A stretch of DNA of 64,000 nt from Dehalococcoidia bacterium (GCA_965197645.1 OZ240219.1:544001-608000), one strand, 5' to 3'. Shown: positions 39,564 to 49,385, numbered from the stretch's first letter. Notes: generated by a model from the letters alone, not told the origin. Translations and numbers: made by a program.

Positions 39564-39760
39564 ATCAAGCTGATGACATATGGGGAGTGCAGAGGGGCGA
39601 AGACCTTTTGCCGGGAGTCTGAGAGCCTGCCCTGGACCCGCCGAAGGGGTGTCCCTCAGATATTATTTCTTCTACCTCCCAGGGCGGGTGGGAGGGAACA
39701 ACTACGTTGGGGCGGGGCGGGTAGTCGCGCAGGTGCAAGGACTCCAAGGGGGCACCCGAG
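39564..39760. repeat. Palindromic repeat/MITE-like element, family B variant
   Basis: TGGGGAGTGCAGAGGGGCGAAG...TTGCCGGGAGTCTGAG...GGGTGTCCCTCAGA with an internal insertion relative to the 33581 copy. Confidence 0.75.
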
Positions 39761-39763
39761 GGA

Positions 39764-40981
39764 TTACAGTTCGACCCCTAGCAGACCCGCAACCGTGTCT
39801 ATGTCCTTGTCTCCCCGACCGCTCAGGTTCACCAGTACGATCCGATCGTTGGACAGGCCCTTGGCCAGCTCGACGGCATGGTGAATTGCGTGGGCCGGCT
39901 CCAGGGCCGGGATTATCCCCTCGCTTTTGCTCAGCAGCTGAAACGCCTCTAGGGCCTGGCGGTCCGTCGCTGAAACGTAGACCGCGCGGCCCGACTCCTT
40001 AAGATAGCTATGCTCGGGCCCGACTCCCGGGTAGTCCAGTCCGGCTGAGATGCTGTGGGTCTCGGTTATCTGGCCGTCGTCGCTCTGCAACAGGTAGGAC
40101 TTGGAGCCGTGCAGCACTCCGACCCGTCCCTTGGAGAGGGTTGAAGAGTGCCTCTCGGTATCGATGCCCTCGCCCCCTGCTTCCACCCCCACAAGGGTCA
40201 CCGACTCGTCGGCCAGAAAGGGATGGAACAGCCCAATGGCGTTGCTGCCGCCGCCAACGCAGGCCACGGCGTAATCGGGCAGGCGGCCCTCGGCTTCCAG
40301 CATCTGCTGCCGGGCCTCCCGGCCGATGACCGACTGGAAGTCGCGCACCATCATGGGGTAGGGATGCGGCCCGACTACACTGCCCAGCAGGTAGTAGGTG
40401 GTGCGCACGTTGGTCACCCAGTCCCGGATCGCCTCGTTGATGGCGTCCTTCAGGGTCTGGCTGCCACTTTCGACCGAGACGACTTCGGCGCCCAATAGCT
40501 TCATGCGGAACACGTTGAGAGACTGCCGCTGGACGTCCTTCGCCCCCATGTACACGACGCACTCCAGGCTCAGCATGGCGCATATGGTGGCCGTGGCTAC
40601 ACCGTGCTGCCCCGCTCCCGTCTCGGCGATAATTCGCTTCTTGCCCATGCCGTGCGCCAGCAACCCCTGTCCCAGCACGTTATTGATCTTGTGAGCGCCG
40701 GTGTGAGCCAGATCTTCCCGCTTGAGATAGATCTTCGCTCCGCCGACCTGGTCGGTGAGATTGGATGCGAAGTAAAGTGGCGTGGGGCGACCAGCGAAGG
40801 TCCGAGCGAGGCGATCCATCTCGCTGACGAACATTGCGTTATTGCGAGACTCAATGTAGGCCTGCTCCAGCTCCTGCAGGGCCGGCATCAGGGTTTCTGG
40901 TATGAACCGGCCTCCGAACTCACCGAAGTGCCCCATCTCATCGGGGAGCGAGTAGTTGTTCATCTGCTTATCGGGGGTCAT
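39764..40981 (-). CDS. trpB: Tryptophan synthase beta chain (TrpB1 type)
   Basis: [49 protein letters not shown]. Confidence 0.97.
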   Translation of the reverse strand: MTPDKQMNNYSLPDEMGHFGEFGGRFIPETLMPALQELEQAYIESRNNAMFVSEMDRLARTFAGRPTPLYFASNLTDQVGGAKIYLKREDLAHTGAHKINNVLGQGLLAHGMGKKRIIAETGAGQHGVATATICAMLSLECVVYMGAKDVQRQSLNVFRMKLLGAEVVSVESGSQTLKDAINEAIRDWVTNVRTTYYLLGSVVGPHPYPMMVRDFQSVIGREARQQMLEAEGRLPDYAVACVGGGSNAIGLFHPFLADESVTLVGVEAGGEGIDTERHSSTLSKGRVGVLHGSKSYLLQSDDGQITETHSISAGLDYPGVGPEHSYLKESGRAVYVSATDRQALEAFQLLSKSEGIIPALEPAHAIHHAVELAKGLSNDRIVLVNLSGRGDKDIDTVAGLLGVEL

Positions 40982-41032
40982 CGCTTTACGTTTGTCGTTC
41001 TGAGGGCAGAAAGACGATCTTGCCGCACGGTG

Positions 41033-41713
41033 CTAACAGATAGCCAGCCCCTCGTCCACCGTTCTCACTGCCTTGGCGAAAGCGTTTATCTTACCTATGT
41101 CTTTCACACCCTCGGTCTCCACACCGCTGGAAACATCGACGCCCCAGGGTCTCACCTGCTCTATGGCCGGGGTTACGATGTCCGGGTTGAGACCGCCCGA
41201 TAGCAGAATCGAGTGTCTCCTTGCCATCTCGCCGGCGGTCTTCCAGTCGAACGGCCGGCCAGTGCCTCCGTAGTAGGGGCCGGTGGATAGCGTGTCCAGC
41301 ATGGACACGTGCCCGCGGGCTGATACGGCCTCCACCTCCTGCTCCAGCCAGTCGATAAGCTCGTCCGCCGGTTGGTCCGCATCGACGCGGATCACCTTGA
41401 AGATAGGGCGTTGGATGGCCTCACAGTCTTCGAGGGTTTCGTCGCCGTGAAGCTGCACCCTGTTGAGGCCACAGTAGCTCACGATTTCGTTGATCTCGGC
41501 GGCCGGTAGATTCACGAAAGCGCCTACGACCTCCGGCTTCTGTCCGATGTTGGGGCGGGCCGATTTTGCCTCTCGAATCAGCTCTCGGGCCATGTCCGGT
41601 GTCACCTGCCTCTTGCTGGGTGCGAAGATGACGCCTATGAAATCGGCGCCCGCGTCGGTGGCGGCGATGGCGTGCTCGGCCTGAGAGATGCCGCAGACCT
41701 TGAACCTAGTCAC
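41033..41713 (-). CDS. trpF: Phosphoribosylanthranilate isomerase
   Basis: KVCGI, VQLHGDE, GGTG..FDW, LSGGLNP, DVSSGVE; GTG start overlapping the trpC end. Confidence 0.94.
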   Translation of the reverse strand: MTRFKVCGISQAEHAIAATDAGADFIGVIFAPSKRQVTPDMARELIREAKSARPNIGQKPEVVGAFVNLPAAEINEIVSYCGLNRVQLHGDETLEDCEAIQRPIFKVIRVDADQPADELIDWLEQEVEAVSARGHVSMLDTLSTGPYYGGTGRPFDWKTAGEMARRHSILLSGGLNPDIVTPAIEQVRPWGVDVSSGVETEGVKDIGKINAFAKAVRTVDEGLAIC

Positions 41714-42518
41714 CGGATGCACCCGCCTTGACCGCACCGGACAGCTCGCTGACCTTGGCGCCGATGTCGGGGGCCGTGACCAAGGCCTCGCCGACCAGCA
41801 CCGCATCGACGTTCCAACTCTTCATCCTGGCCACGTCGGCCGCGGTGAAGATGCCGCTCTCCGCCACGACCGTCTTGCCCTCGGGGACCAGCGGACGGAG
41901 CCTGCGGGTGGTCTCCACGTCCACGTCGAAGGTGGTGAGGTCCCGGTTGTTGATGCCGATGATCTCGGCGCCGGCCTGGAGAGCTGTCTCCACCTCGTCA
42001 TCGTCGTGGGCTTCAACCAGACACTCCATACCCAGCCTTCCAGCCAGCCCGATCAGTCGGGCGATATCGGACGCGGTAAGGATGGCCACGATGAGAAGGA
42101 GAGCGTCGGCGCCCGAGGCGCGCGATTCGTAGACCTGGGTCTCATCGAAGATAAAGTCCTTGCGGAGCACCGGCGGGCAACCGGCCCCCAGCTCGCGCTT
42201 GATGGACCTGATGTGCTCCAGCGACCCCTGGAAGTGGGGCTCATCGGTGAGCACGGATATGGCCGAGGCGCCGTTAGTAGAGTAGGTGTGGGCCAGGCGG
42301 ACGGGATCGAAGTCGGGGGAGAGGAGCCCCTTGGAAGGCGAAGCCTTCTTTACCTCCGCGATGAGGCTGACTCCGTCGCCCGCCAGCGCTCGAGATAGGG
42401 AACGAGGAGGAGGTTGACCGGCGATGAGCTTCTCCAGCCTCGCCATGGCGGCCGGGCCCTGGAGGGCAGCTACCTCGCCTCGCTTTACTTCGACTATCTT
42501 TTCGAGGACGTTGGTCAT
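41706..42518 (-). CDS. trpC: Indole-3-glycerol phosphate synthase
   Basis: IAEVKKASPSKG, ISVLTD..F.G, LRKDF, GINNRDL, AESGI. Confidence 0.97.
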   Translation of the reverse strand: MTNVLEKIVEVKRGEVAALQGPAAMARLEKLIAGQPPPRSLSRALAGDGVSLIAEVKKASPSKGLLSPDFDPVRLAHTYSTNGASAISVLTDEPHFQGSLEHIRSIKRELGAGCPPVLRKDFIFDETQVYESRASGADALLLIVAILTASDIARLIGLAGRLGMECLVEAHDDDEVETALQAGAEIIGINNRDLTTFDVDVETTRRLRPLVPEGKTVVAESGIFTAADVARMKSWNVDAVLVGEALVTAPDIGAKVSELSGAVKAGASGD

Positions 42519-42556
42519 ATTCGGTGTCGTCTAACCAAGAGTAGACAAATCCCTCT

Positions 42557-43570
42557 TCAATCCAGCTTCTGGCTCAGCTCGGCCAGCGCTTGTAGCTTTT
42601 CTAGGGCCACTCCGCTATCGATGGACTGCCGGGCCTTGGACACGCCTTCCGCCAGCGACTCCGCCCCACCCCCCGCCATGATCCCGGCGGCAGCGTTGGC
42701 GACGACCACATCCCGTCTAGGCCCCTTGTCACCGCTCAGCACCGAGACCATCGTCGCCGTGTTCTCCTCTATCGAGCCGCCCTTCAGCCCGTAAAGAGAC
42801 GCCGCTTCCAAGCCCAGGTCGGCAGCGGATACTGTGTAGTCGGATATCGAACCGTCCTTCAGCTCCCAGATGTGGGTCGGCGCGTTCAGCGAGATTTCGT
42901 CCAGGTGGTCTTCGCCGTGTACCACCAGCGCCCGCTCGGAGCCCAGGCCGGCCAACACCTGGACCATCTTTTCGCCCAGGGCATCGGTGGCTACGCCCAG
43001 TACCTGGAAACGAGCGCCGGCCGGGTTGGTGAGAGGGCCCAGGACGTTGAAGACCGTTCGGACCCCTATCTCCCTCCGTGGCCCCACGGCGTGCTTCATG
43101 GCCGGGTGATACCGGGGCGCGAACATGAACCCGATACCTACCTCTTCCATGCACCGCTTGACGGCTTCAGCGCCAAGATCGATCTTTACGCCGTACTGCT
43201 CCAGGATGTCGGCGCTGCCGCACTGGCTGCTCATAGCCCGGTTGCCGTGCTTGGCCACGGTCAGACCGGCGCCGGCCACCACGAAGGCCGACACCGTCGA
43301 GATGTTGAAGGTACCCAGGTCGTCCCCACCGGTGCCGCAGGTGTCCACCGACGGGCCATCGAAGGCTACCTTGACCGACTTGGCTCGCATCACCTGGGCG
43401 AGACCGGTGATCTCGTCGACCGTCTCACTCTTGAGACGCAGAGCGATGACAAAGGCCCCGAACTGGGCCTGGGTGGCCTGCCCCTCCATGATCTCCTCCA
43501 TGGCGCCCACCGCCTCGTCCCTGGAGAGGTCCCGGCCGTTCACCAGCTTGTCTATGGCTTGTTGGAGCAT
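42557..43570 (-). CDS. trpD: Anthranilate phosphoribosyltransferase
   Basis: DTCGTGGD...TFNIST, KHGNR, RTVFN.LGPL.NP. Confidence 0.97.
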   Translation of the reverse strand: MLQQAIDKLVNGRDLSRDEAVGAMEEIMEGQATQAQFGAFVIALRLKSETVDEITGLAQVMRAKSVKVAFDGPSVDTCGTGGDDLGTFNISTVSAFVVAGAGLTVAKHGNRAMSSQCGSADILEQYGVKIDLGAEAVKRCMEEVGIGFMFAPRYHPAMKHAVGPRREIGVRTVFNVLGPLTNPAGARFQVLGVATDALGEKMVQVLAGLGSERALVVHGEDHLDEISLNAPTHIWELKDGSISDYTVSAADLGLEAASLYGLKGGSIEENTATMVSVLSGDKGPRRDVVVANAAAGIMAGGGAESLAEGVSKARQSIDSGVALEKLQALAELSQKLD

Positions 43571-44133
43571 CACATCCCCAAGAAATTACTCAACAGGTCC
43601 TTGCCGGAGGAGGTCAAGATCGACTCGGGGTGGGCCTGGAAGCCCTCCACGGCGTACTCCCGGTGCCGTACTCCCATGATTATGCCCTTGTCCGTTTCGG
43701 CGGTGACCTCCAGGCAGCTGGGGAGGGTGTCACGGCGTATCGCCAGCGAGTGATAACGAATGGCCTCGAAGGGGTTGGGCAGGCCTTCGTAGATCCCTTT
43801 GCCATCGTGGTGGACCATTGACGATTTGCCGTGCATGATCTCACCCGCCGGGCTGACGACACCCCCATATGCCGCACCGATGCACTGGTGCCCCAGGCAC
43901 ACTCCCAACAACGGCAGCCGGGACCCGAAGTGTCTCACTACCTGGCAGGAGATACCCGCCTCCTTGGGCGTACAGGGCCCCGGCGACACCACGATGCGTT
44001 CCGGCTTCCAGCTATCGATCTCTTCGATGCTGGTCTTGTCGTTGCGCACTACCTTGACAGTCTGACCCAGCTCGCACAGGTACTGGTACAGGTTGTAGGT
44101 GAAGCTATCGTAGTTGTCTATCAGCACCAGCAT
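43570..44133 (-). CDS. trpG: Anthranilate synthase component II
   Basis: MLVLIDNYDSFTYNL, SPGP, GVCLGHQ, RYHSL, HPES; true start ATG 44133. Confidence 0.96.
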   Translation of the reverse strand: MLVLIDNYDSFTYNLYQYLCELGQTVKVVRNDKTSIEEIDSWKPERIVVSPGPCTPKEAGISCQVVRHFGSRLPLLGVCLGHQCIGAAYGGVVSPAGEIMHGKSSMVHHDGKGIYEGLPNPFEAIRYHSLAIRRDTLPSCLEVTAETDKGIIMGVRHREYAVEGFQAHPESILTSSGKDLLSNFLGM

Positions 44134-44171
44134 CCGTTTCCGTCCTGATGGCCCTGAAGAGGGACAGGTTG

Positions 44172-44957
44172 CTATCCGACGAACTCCTTCAACGATGATG
44201 GGCCTATCCCGCAATCGATGTATATCACCTGGCCGGAGACGTGGCTGGCCCTCTCCGATGCCAGGTACACGCACATGTTCCCCACGTCGTAGGGCTGGAT
44301 CAGCCGGTCGAAGGGCACCTTGCCATGCAACCCTGAGGCGTCCTTTGCCCCGGCCCAGTTCAGCACGAGGCCCAGTCCCATGTCCGACTCTACGATGGTT
44401 GGAGCGATGGCGTTGACCCGTATCCGATGCGGACTGACGTCTTTGGCCAGGCACTTTACGAAGGTGTTCATGGCGGCCTTGGCACTGGCGTAGGCCCACT
44501 CGTCGGCCCAGAGCTGCTGGGTCGCCAGGGAACTGATGAAGTGGATGTCGCCCCGGCCCTGTTCTCGCATGCTGGGCAGCACCGCCTTGGTGCAGTAGAA
44601 GGAGCCGAACAGGTGGGTGTACATGATGTCGTGAAAGACATCGGTGGCGTCGTCGTCGAAGATGGACCGGGAGTAGTGCTGGCCGGCGTTGTTCACCAGG
44701 ATGTCCACCTTGCCGAAGGCGTCAATGGCCTCCGCAACCATGGCATCGACCTGCTCCTTGTCCTTAACGTCGGCCTGGCGGACCAGGGCCCTGCGGCCGG
44801 CGGCCTCGACGCTCGTGGCAGTGTCCTCAGCGCCCTCTTTGTTTCGTTGGTAGTTGACGATGATGTCGGCGCCCTCCTTGGCCATCTCCAGGGCGATTCC
44901 CTGGCCGATGCCCCGAGATGCGCCGGTAATCAACGCCACTCGTCCCTCCAGCTCCAT
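44172..44957 (-). CDS. Short-chain dehydrogenase/reductase
   Basis: TGASRGIG, VNNAG, YASAK, IRVNAIAP. Confidence 0.92.
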   Translation of the reverse strand: MELEGRVALITGASRGIGQGIALEMAKEGADIIVNYQRNKEGAEDTATSVEAAGRRALVRQADVKDKEQVDAMVAEAIDAFGKVDILVNNAGQHYSRSIFDDDATDVFHDIMYTHLFGSFYCTKAVLPSMREQGRGDIHFISSLATQQLWADEWAYASAKAAMNTFVKCLAKDVSPHRIRVNAIAPTIVESDMGLGLVLNWAGAKDASGLHGKVPFDRLIQPYDVGNMCVYLASERASHVSGQVIYIDCGIGPSSLKEFVG

Positions 44958-45026
44958 CTTATTCCTCCTGTGGGTCCTGTAAGCAGAGACTTGTATCCGT
45001 TGCCAGCGATTATCCTATCACGCCCT

Positions 45027-46514
45027 CTAACCCCTGGCCTCCGCCTCATCGATAGCCCGCATCAATGCCTCGGCCTTGTGAACCGTCTCCATGTACTCCA
45101 ACGATGGAACGCTATCGGCCACGATGCCGCCGCCAGCCTGTACGTGGGCCACTCCGTCCCGGACCACCATGGTCCTGATGGTTATGCAGGTGTCCATGTT
45201 CCCCGAGAAGCTGAAGTATCCCACTGAGCCGGCGTAGGGGCCTCGCTGGTCCGGCTCCAGCTCGGAGATGATCTCCATGGCCCTCAGCTTAGGGGCGCCG
45301 GAGACGGTGCCTGCAGGAAAGCAGGCCCACAGGGCCTCGTAGGGGGTGATGTCGTCGCGGAGCTCCCCTTTGACGTGGGAGACCAGGTGCATGACGTGGG
45401 AGTACCTCTCGATGTCCATCATCTGGGTCACCTTCACCGTGCCCGGCTTGCTCACCCGCCCGATATCGTTCCGGCCCAGGTCCAGAAGCATGATGTGCTC
45501 GGCCCGGTCCTTCTCATCGTTCCTGAGCTCCTCCTCCAGGGCCGCGTCCTCCTCTTCGAGCTTGCCTCGGGGCCGTGTTCCTGCGATGGGATGGTAGTCC
45601 AGCCGCCCGTTTTCCGCACGGACCAGCAGCTCGGGCGACGTTCCCACCAGCGTGCAGTCCCCCAGCTCCAGGTAGAACATGTAGGGCGACGGGTTGATGG
45701 TGCGCAGGGTCCGATAGATATCGAAAGGATGGGCACTCGTTCTGCGAGAGAACCGCTGGGAGAGGACGACCTGGATGACGTCTCCGGCGTAGATGTACTC
45801 TTTAGCCTTGACGACGTTGGCCTCGTGTTGGGCTCTAGTCAGGTTGGAGACCGCTTCGCTGCTCTCGCCGGACGCCGGGTGGTCCCCGGTTTGCGGCATG
45901 GGGGCCTGTGATTGCTCCGGCAACGGCCCCTTGAGGCGCTCCACCAGCTCCTCGATCTTCTCAACGGCCCTGCCATAGGCTTTTTCCACCCCGAATTCCG
46001 ATAATCGAGCGTGGGCGACGACCTTGATCCTGTGCTTGAGGTGATCGAAGACGAGGAGGGTGTCGGAGAACATGAATATGGCCTCGGGCAAGCCCAGGGG
46101 GTCGGGGCTCGGAGAGGGTACGTCCTCGAAGTGGTGCATCGCTTCGTACCCCAGGTATCCAACGGCGCCCCCGTGGAACCTGGGAAGCTCGGGCACCTCG
46201 ACCAGCGTGGCGCGTTCCAGCTCCTGTTTGATAAGCGCCAGGGGATCGACGTCCCCATCGGGCTGGCCGGGACCGGTACGGACCAGCTTGTACGGATCGG
46301 TGCCGATGAAGCTGTACCGGGCGAGTCGCTCACCTCCTTCTACGCTCTCCAGCAAGAAGGAACACTCCCCGCGTGCTACTTTCAGATATGCGGAGACGGG
46401 CGTCTCCAGATCGGCATCTATCTCCCTGTATACCGGTACCAGGCTGCCCGAGCTGGAGAGGGCGCGCACCGTCTCCAGGTCCGGCGTATACGTTTTCGTC
46501 ATTACCTTGGCCAT
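45027..46514 (-). CDS. trpE: Anthranilate synthase component I
   Basis: LLESVEGGE, QVVLSQR, NPSPYM, PIAGT, AEHIMLLDLGRND, PAGTVSGAPK. Confidence 0.97.
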   Translation of the reverse strand: MAKVMTKTYTPDLETVRALSSSGSLVPVYREIDADLETPVSAYLKVARGECSFLLESVEGGERLARYSFIGTDPYKLVRTGPGQPDGDVDPLALIKQELERATLVEVPELPRFHGGAVGYLGYEAMHHFEDVPSPSPDPLGLPEAIFMFSDTLLVFDHLKHRIKVVAHARLSEFGVEKAYGRAVEKIEELVERLKGPLPEQSQAPMPQTGDHPASGESSEAVSNLTRAQHEANVVKAKEYIYAGDVIQVVLSQRFSRRTSAHPFDIYRTLRTINPSPYMFYLELGDCTLVGTSPELLVRAENGRLDYHPIAGTRPRGKLEEEDAALEEELRNDEKDRAEHIMLLDLGRNDIGRVSKPGTVKVTQMMDIERYSHVMHLVSHVKGELRDDITPYEALWACFPAGTVSGAPKLRAMEIISELEPDQRGPYAGSVGYFSFSGNMDTCITIRTMVVRDGVAHVQAGGGIVADSVPSLEYMETVHKAEALMRAIDEAEARG

Positions 46515-46555
46515 GCCGATTGTTTCATACGGTGATCGGATTCCCCCCTTTGGGT

Positions 46556-46872
46556 AGAAAAAAGCCCCCCGTCCAAAGGGACGAGGGGCTTACTCGCGTT
46601 GCCACCCTTATTAGCCGCTTACATATCCGTTCGCCGATACCGGCGAAATCGGATCGCGCAAACAGCCATCTCTCTGAGGTACGACTCCTATGTCTAGGGG
46701 GTTATACCCTGGGCTCCGATAACGGTGCCCTCTCCGGCCAAGCCTACTTGCCGTTGGGCGTTCGGTTGGCGACTCCCGGGCCCATTCAGCCCCTGCGCGG
46801 AGATCGAGCTTTCACCTACCCTCGACTCTCTGTGCCCCCGCTGAGGACCTACTACTCCCGTTCGTAGTCGAT
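46556..46872 (-). promoter_or_regulatory. T-box riboswitch, Trp specifier (UGG), with terminator
   Basis: Minus strand: AGAGA and GGUGAAA motifs, GAA-UGG specifier, T-box AAGGGTGGCAACGCG, terminator AAGCCCCTCGTCC...GGACGGGGGGCTTTTTT. Confidence 0.93.
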
Positions 46873-46895
46873 TGGATTATGTTCAATTGCCGGCT

Positions 46896-46925
46896 ACTGT
46901 ACTATCGCCGGGCGAGTGTTGTCAA
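46896..46925 (-). promoter_or_regulatory. Promoter of trp T-box leader
   Basis: TTGACA-18 nt-TACAGT just upstream of the T-box. Confidence 0.6.
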
Positions 46926-47023
46926 TTCGGCTTCAAAGGAGGGTATACATAGTGTGTGAGTGAGATGAAGCCTGGCAGCCGGGATGATGTGGTTTCCCCA
47001 TCGGTCCGACGGCAAAGACTGTA

Positions 47024-47170
47024 TTGAGCTTGTCTCAAAAGTACGGACGTCTTAGTCCCAACCGCCCGCCCTCGGAAGGTTTTGTCGCTGGGGGAACATC
47101 CCCCAGGCCCCCTGCCAGAGGGAAGTTTCCCTCTGGACTCCCTCAAAGTAGGGTTCTGAGACAGGCTCAA
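47024..47170. mobile_element. MITE-like element with 17-bp terminal inverted repeats
   Basis: TTGAGCTTGTCTCAAAA ... TTCTGAGACAGGCTCAA (15/17 match) enclosing a family C palindrome; no coding capacity. Confidence 0.65.
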
Positions 47171-47291
47171 TTGCGAGCTTCTCGGTGGGAGGTCTTGATA
47201 GGAAGAGACGGCTGATGTTGACGCCGTCACCTTCGAGAAGGGGAGAAAGCGGTGCGACAGAGGTGGAATTGTGGTGAGGGGTACGACTCCT

Positions 47292-47603
47292 CTATCGAAA
47301 GGGCATGTTCAGGGCGCGTTCGAGGTTGCCGAGATACTCACTAAAGGCCAGACGGCCCTCGGGCGTCGCCTCCACCCATGTGCGCGGTTTTGCCGCAACG
47401 AACTCCTTGGTTGTGCTGACGTACCCTGCGTCCTCCAGCTTGCGCAGGTGGATGGTGAGGTTGCCGCCGGTCAGGCCGAGGGTCCGTTGGATGAAGCCGT
47501 AGGCCACGCGGTCCGACTCTGACTGGGACACCAGCAGCGTCATGATACGTAGCCGGGTCGACTGATGGATCGTCTCGTTCAGGACTATGGAAGCCTGGCT
47601 CAT
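47292..47603 (-). CDS. Winged-helix transcriptional regulator (ArsR/MarR-like, HTH_34)
   Basis: IHQSTRLRIM...LTGGNLTIHLRKLEDAGYV..K.F...PRT...TPEGR.AF..Y..L. Confidence 0.88.
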   Translation of the reverse strand: MSQASIVLNETIHQSTRLRIMTLLVSQSESDRVAYGFIQRTLGLTGGNLTIHLRKLEDAGYVSTTKEFVAAKPRTWVEATPEGRLAFSEYLGNLERALNMPFR

Positions 47604-48235
47604 GCCACACGGCTTTTGCGGATCCAGACCCACGCGACGCCCACGATGGCGAGCATGAGCACCGCCGACAGCACCGGCGCAACATCGCCGGTGTAGTGCG
47701 CCGGCAAGTAATAGGAAGCACCGATGCCAAGACCTACGAGGCTAATGGCCAGGTGATGCAAGATGCCGAACAGCACGAACCCCAGCGCAACAATGCCGAC
47801 TCCGACTCCACTGATGACGATGGAGTCGGAGTCGGCGGTCCACAGGCCGGACGCTGCTGGAATGATGAAGGCGGCGGCGACCACGGTCATCCAGAAGCCG
47901 AAGACCCGGAGACCTGCTGCCGTGGCAGACGGCCCGGTTGCATTCTGCTTGCTGGCGCGGTGGCCGATGAGCGAGCTCCCGATCATGCCCGGGATTGCCA
48001 GGCCGAACCACAGGAGGCCGGGATACCAGGAATAGTCCTCGGCAAACCCAGGTGCCAAGGTACCGACGGCGTACATGGAGAAGTACCCCACCGCTACGAT
48101 GGCGCCCCACAACAGCATGATGTTGGTCCAGCCCGCCACATACATGGAGCTGCGGGACCTGTCCAGGGTCGCGTGTATTGATCTCCATCCCTGCTCCGGT
48201 GTGATCTGCTGCGCTTCGCTGTCTTGGTCCTGCAT
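47600..48235 (-). CDS. Membrane protein (about 6 TM), translationally coupled to the regulator
   Basis: Hydrophobic helices; ATGA overlap with the regulator; GGAGG RBS. Confidence 0.8.
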   Translation of the reverse strand: MQDQDSEAQQITPEQGWRSIHATLDRSRSSMYVAGWTNIMLLWGAIVAVGYFSMYAVGTLAPGFAEDYSWYPGLLWFGLAIPGMIGSSLIGHRASKQNATGPSATAAGLRVFGFWMTVVAAAFIIPAASGLWTADSDSIVISGVGVGIVALGFVLFGILHHLAISLVGLGIGASYYLPAHYTGDVAPVLSAVLMLAIVGVAWVWIRKSRVA

Positions 48236-48256
48236 GATGGTTCCTCCACATATTGA

Positions 48257-48293
48257 TGCAAACTAGTTTACATTATAAACCATTTTCCGTCAA
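48257..48293 (-). promoter_or_regulatory. Promoter with overlapping palindromic operator
   Basis: TTGACG-17 nt-TAAACT on minus strand; palindromes TGCAAACTAGTTTACA (48257-48272) and GTTTA-CATTA-TAAAC (48266-48280) cover the -10. Confidence 0.6.
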
Positions 48294-48446
48294 GGGGATA
48301 GACCATGTGTGGCAAGCGCTATCGGCAGCCTGATGCAAGATGATCGTCCGCGGAAGATGTTTGGGGGAGTTGCCTAGCGAAATGGCTGGACGTGAAATGC
48401 CTATGAGCCGGAAATCTAGACGGGAAAGGACTCGAATTGATGGGGG

Positions 48447-49385
48447 CTACTTCCGCGCCACCACTACTCGCGCCGCTTCAGCGATCCGGGCAGGTGTGAG
48501 GCCGCGGAGCTCCAGCAACTCGTCAGGCTCGCCGGAGGGGGTGTAGACATCGTCTATGGCGACCACCGACATGGGCGTCGGGCGGTTTACCGCCAGTATA
48601 CGGGAGACGATGCTGCCCAGGCCGCCGTGGTCCAGGTGTTCCTCGGCGGTGACGATAGCGCCGGTCTCCTCGGCGCAGCGTAGAATGGCCTCTTCATCCA
48701 TGGGCTTCAGTGTGGACACGTTGACAACCCTACAGTCGATACCGCCTTCGGACAGCGTCTCGGCGGCCTCCAGGGCTTTGTACACCATTATGCCCGTCGC
48801 CAGTACGGACACGTCGCCGCCGTTCCGCAGGGTCTGCGCCTTGCCGAGCTGAAAGCGGCATCCATCTTCGTATATCACCGGTGTGGCCGGCCGGCAGAGG
48901 CGCACGTAGCATGGCCCCTGCATCGCGGCCATGGCTCGGACGGCCTCAACGGTTTCGACGGCGTCGGCGGGGACCACGACGGTGAATCCGGGCAGTGCGC
49001 ACATCAATGCCAGGTCCTCAATGCCATGGGCCGACATGCCATCGGGCCCGGTGATAATCCCGCCGTGGGTGGTCACGATCTTCACGTTGAGATGGCCCTG
49101 GGAGATGCTGATGCGGACCTGGTCGAAAGGCCTTCCCGTGCCGAACACCGTAAAGGTACTGGCGAAGACCGTCTTGCCTGATGCGGCGAGGCCCGCGGCG
49201 ATGCTCATCATGTTCTGCTCGGCGGCGCCGCAGTCGAAGAAGCGATCGGGAAACTCGGCGGCGAAGAGGGTGGTCATGGTGGACTTGTTCAGGTCGCCAC
49301 CGAGGACTACGACGTCCGGGTCTTCGTGCCCCAGCTCGACGAGGGTCTTGCCGTAGGCCTCCCGTGTGGAGGCTTGGGTAGTCAC
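48447..49385 (-). CDS. Transketolase, C-terminal subunit
   Basis: STREAYG, FPDRFFDCGAAEQNM, GPDGMSAH, EEH...GGLGS. Confidence 0.93.
   Translation of the reverse strand: MTTQASTREAYGKTLVELGHEDPDVVVLGGDLNKSTMTTLFAAEFPDRFFDCGAAEQNMMSIAAGLAASGKTVFASTFTVFGTGRPFDQVRISISQGHLNVKIVTTHGGIITGPDGMSAHGIEDLALMCALPGFTVVVPADAVETVEAVRAMAAMQGPCYVRLCRPATPVIYEDGCRFQLGKAQTLRNGGDVSVLATGIMVYKALEAAETLSEGGIDCRVVNVSTLKPMDEEAILRCAEETGAIVTAEEHLDHGGLGSIVSRILAVNRPTPMSVVAIDDVYTPSGEPDELLELRGLTPARIAEAARVVVARK

Noticed and set aside
43570-44499. Apparent N-terminally extended or fused TrpG (309 aa)
   Set aside because: The extension overlaps the SDR in another frame; TrpG starts at ATG 44133. The track's TrpF extension to 41806 is likewise an overlap with trpC.
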